Origin: a virus
Lineage: Duplodnaviria; Heunggongvirae; Uroviricota; Caudoviricetes
Length of the DNA stretch: 64,000 nt
Strand: one strand, 5' to 3'
IMG/VR virus record: IMGVR_UViG_3300013901_000006
Coordinates: 79,774 to 143,773 of that record
Shown: positions 1 through 8,700 of the stretch, in pieces
Position numbering within the stretch: the first letter of the stretch is position 1
Layout of the letters: each line of letters begins with the position of its first letter
The notes under the pieces: generated by a model
Seen by the model: only the letters and a program-made list of their open reading frames with translations
Database searches by the model: none
What the model was told of the DNA's origin: nothing
Position numbers and translations under genes: made by a program

Positions 1-48
1 TCTAATTCAATATTAGCCATATATTTCCTTTCTCTTCTTTATATTTAT

Positions 49-77
49 ATTATATCATATTAAATGCCAAAAGTCAA
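49..77 (-). promoter_or_regulatory. Sigma70-like promoter TTGACT-17-TATAAT driving a minus-strand gene whose ATG lies at ~20-18
   Basis: On the minus strand: TTGACT (77-72), 17-nt spacer, TATAAT (54-49), then AAAGAAGAGAAAGGAAATATATG. Same cassette seen >20 times in the window. Confidence 0.55.
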
Positions 78-111
78 ATAAAAAAGAGGGATAGAAAATA
101 ATCTATCCCTC
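78..111 (-). terminator. Intrinsic terminator downstream of nrdG (stem GAGGGATAG / CTATCCCTC followed by T-run on minus strand)
   Basis: 9-bp perfect inverted repeat at 86-111, followed on the minus strand by TTTTTTATTT. Sits immediately 3' of the nrdG stop. Confidence 0.6.
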
Positions 112-118
112 TAATAAT

Positions 119-643
119 TTAAACGTCCAAGAGCACAATGTCATTTGCCGCAATTGTCTTTTTTAAATCAATTACTCGTTGATTTGAACTACCTTTAAAA
201 GCCAATGTTAAATCTTTCTTCTCTTGGATAAAAGGACCATCCACAAGAACGTCCGCAAGTTTGAGAATTGGCTCTAGATAATAATCATCTTTATTCTTTT
301 TGATTCTCTCTTGGAGTTGTTCATAAGTATATCCTGTATAAATCCAAATTTTAATATCTTTGCGGACAACCTTGATATTCTCTAAAAGAGATAATAATTC
401 TTTTAGATTAACTGTCTCTAATGGTTCTCCGCCAAGAACTGAAAAACGTTCAATCCATTCCGGTTGAATCGTTTTGAGAATTTTATTCTTTGCATCTGAA
501 TCATATTCATACCCGCTATTAAAATCCCACAGCTCTTGGTTATGGCAATTTTTGCAATGAAAATGACAACCAGATAAAAAGACGCTAGCTCCAATACCAA
601 CGCCATTGCTAATGTCCATTGACCTTATTTGAAAATATCTCAT
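119..643 (-). CDS. nrdG: Anaerobic ribonucleotide reductase activating protein (radical SAM)
   Basis: 174 aa. N-terminal GCHFHCKNCHN matches the CxxxCxxC radical-SAM cluster. Size and position next to nrdD fit. Confidence 0.8.
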   Translation of the reverse strand: MRYFQIRSMDISNGVGIGASVFLSGCHFHCKNCHNQELWDFNSGYEYDSDAKNKILKTIQPEWIERFSVLGGEPLETVNLKELLSLLENIKVVRKDIKIWIYTGYTYEQLQERIKKNKDDYYLEPILKLADVLVDGPFIQEKKDLTLAFKGSSNQRVIDLKKTIAANDIVLLDV

Positions 644-992
644 TTTTCACCAATCTCATGGTCATCGATATGCTTATATCGAGAAGCAATCTCTTGAGTC
701 TTACCATCGTTCCAGAAGTTAACTCCCACATCTTTAATACCCCTATTTTCATAGTATTTCAAAGGGAATAGACTATACCTTTTATTTATATAATTAAAAA
801 TATAAATAATCTCCATTATAGTCGTTGAACGTCTTTCTTATTATATAAGAAATTTCGCTGCGGATTACCTAATATTTGACGATTTTACCTTACCTTGGTC
901 ATTACCCTTGCCACTATTATATCACTATAATAGCTTGGTTGTCAAATCTCTAAAGGTGTTCCCGCAATTTAGAAGATTTTATGTGAGCCTGT

Positions 993-1976
993 TTAATTCG
1001 TTAACCCACAAGTACGTGCAGCGACGTCCATCTTGTCTGTGTCTGTATTACCGCAGTTAGAGCACTCCCACCACGTATTCCCATCGGTGTCTTTATGTAC
1101 ATCAATAGTCTGTGACTCGCCGCAAACGTGGCAATAGGAAGTCTTTGTATTAATCTCACAGTACATGATGTTATTATAAATACATTCTAGAATTGGATAC
1201 AGAACGGAAATATTCTTAGATACATCTGAACTTTCTACGTAACTTAGGCAACCTCCGACAGAATACTTCTGGAATTCGCCTTCAAGTTCAATCTTGGAGA
1301 ATGGGTCAATGGGTTGAGAACTCGGGATGTGATAAGAATTTTCAAAATACTTCTTGTTTCCAAATAGTTTCTTAAACTGGTCTGGATAACGTTCTTTGGT
1401 CTTAATCGCAAACTTGTAACATAATGATTCTGCTGGGGACGCATAAAGCGAATACCCTACGTTCTCTGCTTGTTTCCATTCTTCACACTTGTTTGTCAAG
1501 AACTTGAGAATTCGTAACATCAGCTCTTGTCCGTTTTTGGTGAAATTATCTTCACCAATGAGAATCTTAACTGCTTCGTTTCCTCCATTGTATCCAAGCG
1601 AGACTGTAGCATATCCATTGTGAACTAGCTTGTCTAGAGTCTCGTCTGGATCTAGTCTAGCTAAGGCTCCATCAACCCATAAGATTGGAGCTACGCCAGC
1701 TTTTGTTTTTGAAAGTCTATCAACTCGAACTTTTAGACCTGTGTGACAAATTTCAGCTCGTTCATCCAGTAATCTGAAAAAGATTTCAAGAAGATGTTCT
1801 TGAGATTTATCCCTGTCATATTTAAGTTCTTCTTGTGCGGCGAAAGCTGTATCTGGAAGATTCAGACTAGAAACGCCGCAATTGAATCGTCCATAATATT
1901 TTGGTTTACCATCTTCATCTAAATATGGAGATAGGAAACTTCTACAACCCCATGAATATTCTGTACAAAACGCCAC
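993..1976 (-). CDS. nrdD: Anaerobic ribonucleoside-triphosphate reductase, C-terminal exon (reading frame stays open upstream to ~2021)
   Basis: GCRSFL and GRFNCGVSSLNLP motifs typical of class III RNR. C-terminal Zn-ribbon cysteines and an RTCGL glycyl-radical-like motif. Frame is open upstream of the annotated GTG start. Confidence 0.75.
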   Translation of the reverse strand: MAFCTEYSWGCRSFLSPYLDEDGKPKYYGRFNCGVSSLNLPDTAFAAQEELKYDRDKSQEHLLEIFFRLLDERAEICHTGLKVRVDRLSKTKAGVAPILWVDGALARLDPDETLDKLVHNGYATVSLGYNGGNEAVKILIGEDNFTKNGQELMLRILKFLTNKCEEWKQAENVGYSLYASPAESLCYKFAIKTKERYPDQFKKLFGNKKYFENSYHIPSSQPIDPFSKIELEGEFQKYSVGGCLSYVESSDVSKNISVLYPILECIYNNIMYCEINTKTSYCHVCGESQTIDVHKDTDGNTWWECSNCGNTDTDKMDVAARTCGLTN

Positions 1977-2364
1977 TTTTGTATACGTTCTCTTATGAAC
2001 TGCTATATGTTTACATATAGATTAGACTATATCATATTCTTATTATTATAAGAATTTTTACATTTCGGTTATCTGTCGCTTATAACCTACGTCACATAAG
2101 GACTAGTCGTTAGGCTTTTATAGATATTGAATACTTTTAATCCCTCTGTTTAAATATCCTTTTGTTTTACTATTATAAACAACACCCTGTTCATTGACCA
2201 AATACCATGACCAATTAGGTATCTTTTTCACATATAATCACCTCCACATTTTCAGGAGGTTTCTTCAACATCTATTCTTAGCACGGTAAGTTATCTATAT
2301 TTTTATAGACTTTCTCCGTTTAGAAAAATTTGCTATCAATATCACTATTGAAAGGCACAGTTAA
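1977..2364 (-). mobile_element. Probable ORF-less group I intron interrupting nrdD (boundaries approximate)
   Basis: ~390 nt without an ORF between two halves of nrdD. The upstream exon ends at an in-frame stop. R-like CAGAGGGAUUA and S-like GACUAGUCC elements lie ~45 nt apart on the minus strand. Hairpins consistent with P9/P9.1. T4 nrdD (sunY) group I intron is a precedent. Confidence 0.5.
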
Positions 2365-3567
2365 TTAGTTTATGCAGGGGAAACAATGACCTTCGCCATT
2401 TGCATCTACCTTGATTTGCTTCATCACTTTCTCGCTGATATAATCAGGAGTTAAGCGTTTAGCAGAACATTCAACCGCTTTCTGAGTTACATGCCAGTAT
2501 TTAGTACCTGGCTTATAATTATCCTCTTCAAGAACATATAGTAGCTTAGGAAAAGCCTGAGTAACATATACACCTTGGCGATTCGGCATACCCTTTTCTC
2601 TCTGTTTTAGAAACTCTTTGATAAGAAGAACAAGTTCTTCTTTATATTCTTCTGTTTCGCCGATATACATAAATAAAGAGCAAAAAGGTGCCTGGCCGTT
2701 TAATGTAAACAGCGTTGAAATTTGATAATTAAAAGTTTGTACCGAATCTGCAATTTCTTTTTTTAAATCTGCAAGTGCAAACTTTTCTTTTAGTTCATCT
2801 GAAATATCTTCATTTTTATACTTGTTTTTGAAGATATTGTAACTATCACGAACGAAAGGAGCTAAATGAGTTAGTGTGATGGATTCTCCACCATAAGAAT
2901 TAGCTGCGACACTAGCCATAATCTGCGTAGTTACAGTCATAGCTGTTAAAAGACGATGCGGCTTATTGATGCGCACATTATTAATAACCGTGCCATTTTG
3001 CAGCATATCTTCTAGATTGATAAGGTCACAGTTATGAAGGGTTGATTGTGCCATATAATCCATATCATGTTGATGGCAGATACCAGCATCATGAGCTTCA
3101 ATGACTTTTTTAGGGAAAATATAATTGCGAGCAATATCTGTGCTTGTAATACCAGCTAGATAATCTCGTTGTACCGTAACAAGTTTAGCATTTTTATTGC
3201 TGTTCTCTGTAGCCCAATAACTTTCTGGGTCATTTTTAATCATATCAAGAATTTCAGCGTCATTATGTTTCTGACGCGCGAGTTGGTGCTCATAACGATA
3301 AATCATATAAGATTTAGCGACATGCGGATAATCTTCCATGAGCAATTCTTCAACCGCATCTTGAATCTCTTCAACAGTCATCTCATCATGGAAATATTCC
3401 GCATCTTGAAAATCTTGTGCGACATTTTTTGCTACGGAATGACAATCACTTTGTTCCCATCCAAGAGAATCAGAAACATCACGTGCCGCACGATAGACCG
3501 CATTTTCAATCTTAGACAAATCAAATTTTACTTTGCTTCCATTTCGTTTTGTAATATATCTAGTCAA
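2365..3567 (-). CDS. nrdD: Anaerobic ribonucleoside-triphosphate reductase, N-terminal exon (ATP-cone + N-terminal catalytic half)
   Basis: 400 aa. N-terminal ATP-cone-like region (VKFDLSKIENAVYRAA). Continuous with the downstream NrdD fragment on the same strand. Confidence 0.75.
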   Translation of the reverse strand: MTRYITKRNGSKVKFDLSKIENAVYRAARDVSDSLGWEQSDCHSVAKNVAQDFQDAEYFHDEMTVEEIQDAVEELLMEDYPHVAKSYMIYRYEHQLARQKHNDAEILDMIKNDPESYWATENSNKNAKLVTVQRDYLAGITSTDIARNYIFPKKVIEAHDAGICHQHDMDYMAQSTLHNCDLINLEDMLQNGTVINNVRINKPHRLLTAMTVTTQIMASVAANSYGGESITLTHLAPFVRDSYNIFKNKYKNEDISDELKEKFALADLKKEIADSVQTFNYQISTLFTLNGQAPFCSLFMYIGETEEYKEELVLLIKEFLKQREKGMPNRQGVYVTQAFPKLLYVLEEDNYKPGTKYWHVTQKAVECSAKRLTPDYISEKVMKQIKVDANGEGHCFPCIN

Positions 3568-4498
3568 TACTTAATCCTTTCTCTTGGTGAATAATCTTTA
3601 ACATATCTTCAATATTTGATTGTAAAGGATAACGGTTGATTGATGTAGAACTCGCGGCAAATTCTTGTTTAACCATATCAACATACATTGTGCTTCTACC
3701 ATCTTCGCCCATATAGAACTGCTTGAATTCTTCTGGTGTCATCAAAGATTGTACATCGATTTGCTGTAACGCAAGATTATCAAATGAAATATTCTGGAAC
3801 CATTTCTCTTCAATCATTCGCGGCAGAGTATTTTGGATATATGCTTGATTGGCTTTAATGTCTTCACCAGCTTGCATTAAATAATTTGTTCCACGTCCAA
3901 AGTTTTTATATCCAAGAATCAAGATTTTTAAATTATGGTGCGCCAAAGACTCTAGTTCATCTTTTGTAACAATTCCATTGATTACATGGACAACAATATT
4001 TGAATTATTCTTGGCCGCATCGATAAATTGTTTACTTGCATGATTTAAAGAAATACCGATACCATAAATTAATTTTTTGTCCGATAGCTCTTGAATAAAA
4101 GGAATATTCTGCATAAAATGCGTTTGATTAACAGTAATGGATGGAATAAGTTTTAATTTTCGGCACTTATATAGGAACTCTTCCAGGTCTGGATGTGTCA
4201 TAATGTCTCCACCACCACAAGCTATTTGAGTGTATGGATGAAGTGAATCGATAAAAGACTTAGAAAGTAAATCACCATGCAACCCATCTTTTGTTGACTT
4301 TTCATGGCAATAAGGACACCCTTTATAGCACCTGTTCGTAATTTTAATATCCATTGAATCTGGAAATTTTGGCCGCAATTCATCCTCTTTTGTATAACGA
4401 ATCATTGTACCATCATTTAAATTAAGCATTACTATATAATTACCATTTTTATATTTTACAATATTAATGTTTTTATCCATCATATCCAAAAAGTCCAA
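3560..4498 (-). CDS. Radical SAM domain protein (function unknown)
   Basis: CYKGCPYC matches CxxxCxxC near the N-terminus. 312 aa. Confidence 0.45.
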   Translation of the reverse strand: MDFLDMMDKNINIVKYKNGNYIVMLNLNDGTMIRYTKEDELRPKFPDSMDIKITNRCYKGCPYCHEKSTKDGLHGDLLSKSFIDSLHPYTQIACGGGDIMTHPDLEEFLYKCRKLKLIPSITVNQTHFMQNIPFIQELSDKKLIYGIGISLNHASKQFIDAAKNNSNIVVHVINGIVTKDELESLAHHNLKILILGYKNFGRGTNYLMQAGEDIKANQAYIQNTLPRMIEEKWFQNISFDNLALQQIDVQSLMTPEEFKQFYMGEDGRSTMYVDMVKQEFAASSTSINRYPLQSNIEDMLKIIHQEKGLSID

Positions 4499-4946
4499 AC
4501 GCTATCATTTCATCGCCAGATGGAGAAGTAAATTCTTGTTCATAATATTCTAAATCATACCTACTCTCAAAATCATCATAAGACATAATTCCCAAATCAA
4601 AGCGTGCATCTCTACGCTTTTTGTTAACGTCATATGCATCCTCATTCATTTTATCAAAATAGGCGTCATGAAGCATATTTGTATCAATGGGATGATACCA
4701 TCTATTGTCTTTATACTTCTGCTCATAGATTGGCGCATATTCATCTAATGCATCTTGTACTTCTTCTTCTGTATAGATTTGACTTTGATGTTCTGGTAAT
4801 AATTTTTGAAAATCATTTGAATAGGTATCAACAATATATGCTTCTCCATGACGAAATTTCCTAAATTCATCGCTTGTGCATATATTTAACGTATGCGTTG
4901 AAGATGAATTCGTTTCAAATACACTTGGCCGCACTTGAAAAATCAT
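4473..4946 (-). CDS. Hypothetical acidic protein
   Basis: 157-aa ORF co-oriented with the replication module, overlapping the adjacent gene by a few nt (translational-coupling-like). Confidence 0.35.
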   Translation of the reverse strand: MIFQVRPSVFETNSSSTHTLNICTSDEFRKFRHGEAYIVDTYSNDFQKLLPEHQSQIYTEEEVQDALDEYAPIYEQKYKDNRWYHPIDTNMLHDAYFDKMNEDAYDVNKKRRDARFDLGIMSYDDFESRYDLEYYEQEFTSPSGDEMIAFGLFGYDG

Positions 4947-5021
4947 ATGTTATCCTTTCTGTATAATATAAAAATTCAATTATATGATTATAACTATATT
5001 GTCCATGCATTAAAATGGATA

Positions 5022-5654
5022 TTATTTACACATTAACTCATTTACGCAATATTCAACGTAAAGATTATTCACGATTTTGCATACTGGATTTTTCACTTTT
5101 TTCGTTTTTATCCAAAGATAATTATCATGCGCTCTCGCACCAAGTCCAAACCATACATCAAAGCAATACTTATCTCCGAAATCATTATGGTCGGTCCAAG
5201 CTCTGCGCAAATATTCAAGTTTGAATTTATGCTCACGTTTATACGAACGTATCATTCTGATAATGAATGGAGTATCTAGATATACATAAATAATTGTATA
5301 TCGTCTTCCATATGAACTCAACGAATGAACGCCTTGCGGATTAAGCACGCAAACATTGACACTATTTTTTTTAAAAGAATTGACAGATGTGCCATAGTAC
5401 CAATCACGGAATTTCGCACATTCAAGAAATTCATGGTTACACTTTTTTTGCATAAATTCCATAGAATTTATAAAATGATAATCTTCGCCATCAACTTCTC
5501 CTTCTCTCGGAGGACGTGTGGTATATGATACAACTTTATTTACTGGAACATTCTTAGACTTATAATACTTTACAATTTGATTCTGCGTATAATTTTTTCC
5601 AGATGCAGACTTGCCGCAAATCGCTATTACTATTGGTTTCATTTTACCTCTCAA
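5022..5654 (-). CDS. gmk: Guanylate/(d)NMP kinase
   Basis: P-loop CGKSASGK plus guanylate-kinase signature TTRPPREGEVDGEDYHF. Confidence 0.65.
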   Translation of the reverse strand: MRGKMKPIVIAICGKSASGKNYTQNQIVKYYKSKNVPVNKVVSYTTRPPREGEVDGEDYHFINSMEFMQKKCNHEFLECAKFRDWYYGTSVNSFKKNSVNVCVLNPQGVHSLSSYGRRYTIIYVYLDTPFIIRMIRSYKREHKFKLEYLRRAWTDHNDFGDKYCFDVWFGLGARAHDNYLWIKTKKVKNPVCKIVNNLYVEYCVNELMCK

Positions 5655-5726
5655 TAAAAATATAGGAGTAAACCCTTTCTGTTTACTCCTATATTATATC
5701 AAAATATTATTCAATTGTCAAAAATT

Positions 5727-8700
5727 TTATTCTTCACCATACCGTCTATTTGTCATTTCAATAGTACCATCAGAATTGATTTGAGTGATTTTATATAATT
5801 GATGCGATTTAGTTTTTTTATAACTCTTAGTAAAAAAACTATTCCCTCTACGAATGCCATTACAGACAACTAATGTACCACGTTGAAACCAGCCATTTTC
5901 CATGCGCTTTTTAGTTCCATTTTGGACTTCGCTGATAATACGATTGTATCTAGCAAAATAATCACGGCTGAACTTCACAGTTATTACATCTTTATCAATA
6001 GTGAGAAGGCTAATTGAAGAATGCATATCATCTTTTGCAATAACAGTCCCTGCAATCCTATCGGTTTTATAAATAGGAATTTCAGTGTCGCCACGCTTGA
6101 ACGTATAATCAACTACAGGATTTTGCGGCAAATCGTTAAAAGATACAATATCATACATATTCATTTTTACATGAAATAATTCATGCTCATGGTAATACAT
6201 GCCTAATGATTCCATTTCCCAATGAGAAATCGAACCAGCCGCATATTTATTCCATGCATCTTGGTCCATTTTACCATTTAGTTTATTAAGTAGTTCTTGT
6301 TGATTCTCAATGATATAAGATTTTGCCGTACTCATTACCTTATCATATTCCTTTTTCCATGCTTTTTTGTTAAGACATAATTGGTTATCTATTGGCTCAA
6401 TCATATCTTCATCAAAAAATTTGATAAAGAATTTATAATATACATCATGTAACGCAAAATATTCTGAATTGAATTTACAATCTTTTTTCAAGCCCTTGTT
6501 AAAATTAAAGACTCGCTTTTGGAAAATTAATTCTTTTGGAATTAAATTATTTTCAATTAAAGCATTAAAATTTTGTAAAGTCAATTTCTTTTTAGGGTTG
6601 GTGGTAGTATGAAGATACTTCCGCATAATATCTTCACGTTTACCAAAAGAATCAAAAGCACCAGATTTAATTAATGATACCATGACTATCTTATTAACTT
6701 TTGTCTTTTCTTCAAAATCTTCTAAAGACTTATAAGGGCGGTTTTCAATAATTTCTTGAATAACTTCTCCACCTACCCCATTTAAGGCTTTCATTCCGTA
6801 AATAATTCTATTATGCTCTTCATCTGGTTCAAAGAAATATTGCGACTTGTTAATGTCCACGAGAGACACTTCACATCCGTGTTTAATAATGTCGCATACA
6901 CCTTTGGCAATCTTACCGTAATTGGAAGTGGAATCCTCTTCTAAACCGCTAATTGCTCGTAAATAGGCTGTATTCCAGTATACAGAAGGGTAATAAGTTG
7001 CAAGAAACGCAGCCTGACATGCAATTAAGGAATACGAATATCCATGAATACGTGAGAAGGAATATGACGCCTGCGGCATAATTACGTATTCCCAAATATA
7101 CTCACCCATATGTTTATTTTTGGCTTGACTGAGTATTTTCTGTTTCAATGATGGGATTTCTTTTATCTTCTTTTTGGAAATAATTTTTCTCGCCTGATTA
7201 GACTCTGCAAGAGTGAAATTGCAAGTATCTTTATCCATTAGGATAAGCATTAAAACTTCTTGCGAAGATGGCGCACCATAGTCCGCACCCATATATTTTC
7301 TGAGTACTCGCTGTTCTTCTTCAGAAAAGCCCCAGTCGTCCATTTCTTTCTGCCACTGCTCAGGATGTTTCTTCAAACGCTCATATCTATCAGCTGGTCG
7401 TTCTTTACCGGCTTCTCCGCTGAGTCGCATAAGTGCGTTACATGCTACCAATTCTTCTACCGTTCTTGGAACCAATTGCCGCACAACATTTCCTCCAACA
7501 GCGGTATTAAGTTGAAATAGGGCTAGAATATCGGTAGAATCAATTGCGTCCCATAGTTTGCTATCATCCAGTGGCAGTTTATCAGGATGAACATATTTGT
7601 CATACGCTTGCCGCAAAGTCAAGTCTTTTTCAAAATATCCGTGCTCTTGGAGCATTTGAATACATTGCCCCATAATTGTCATTTGTTGAGTAACAAGAAA
7701 ATCAAGTTTAGTGTCGCCGCAATGTTCACACCATTCAAGTGAATATTGCGTAGAAACAGAGCCATTCGTTGCTTTCATAAAGCAAGCAGTATCATATGGG
7801 TCTTTACCATAAAAGTTCACACCAGAAGCATGAAGACTTCTATTGGTAACAACGCCTTCAATGCCCATCGCCGTTTCCAAAAGACGCGGATATTTTTTTA
7901 CCTCTGCCAGAAACGCTGCATTAGGTTTGCGGCCTTTCTCTTCATTGCCATATACAACGTCATGTAAAGGCCAGATGAACCCTCTTTCAGATGGCACCAT
8001 AGACGAGATGTATTTGGCAACGTCTACATCTATTCCCATACCGCGACAATTGTGTGAAACAATATTATTTAATAGATAATTATGGCTTTTAGTTTCTAAA
8101 CAATATACGTATCCATTATATTCTTTATGAGAAATATCATTAATTTTTATTTTATAATATTTAATATTATTGTAAATTAATGGCTTTTCTGTTTCCCAAT
8201 CATAATTAATTTTATGTAAATATTTACTTTCATATAATGATTGCGCCGTTTTCCCATAAAACATAAGATTATATGTTACGTGTCTGCTTTTATCAAATTT
8301 TCTTTTTTCGGTAATAACAGAACAATTATACCCATTTTGGGCCGCAATTTGCCATAAATCTTGTATTAATTGATATGAAATAGAAGTACTCTTGCTTTCA
8401 TAACTGTTATTTCGTATCCTGCCATAACCGTCGCCATAAAAATGACCGTATAAACAAGCTTTTTTTACACTTAAAGTACTGTTCATAATAAAATATGGAA
8501 TTTGTTTTGTTAAGCTATTTCCAGGGCAAAATTTATTAAACCATCTGCCCAACGGTGTTGAATTAACTTGAATATCAAGCCCTAAACTTTCTTTTTTACT
8601 ATGCAGTGTAATATTGTTTTTTGGAATATTAAAGCATTTATGTACTAAATAAATAATTCTATTTTTTAACCATGTTTCATTTTGATTAATCGTTAAAGTA

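Noticed and set aside
2239-2262. Hairpin ACCTCC-N8-GGAGGT with a GGAGGTGATTATATG RBS-like sequence on the minus strand inside the nrdD gap, considered as a terminator or a start of a small intron ORF
   Set aside because: The ATG is followed immediately by a stop (ATG TGA) and there is no U-run. More likely a structural helix of the putative group I intron.
3169-3594. Plus-strand ORFs embedded antisense within nrdD, dnaE, topoisomerase and other minus-strand genes (e.g. 3169-3594, 7260-7520, 10809-11180, 19667-20140, 24784-25158, 31705-32367, 35237-35896)
   Set aside because: They lie fully inside strongly supported genes on the opposite strand and have low-complexity, AT-codon-biased translations with no RBS or promoter. 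They are antisense frame artefacts.
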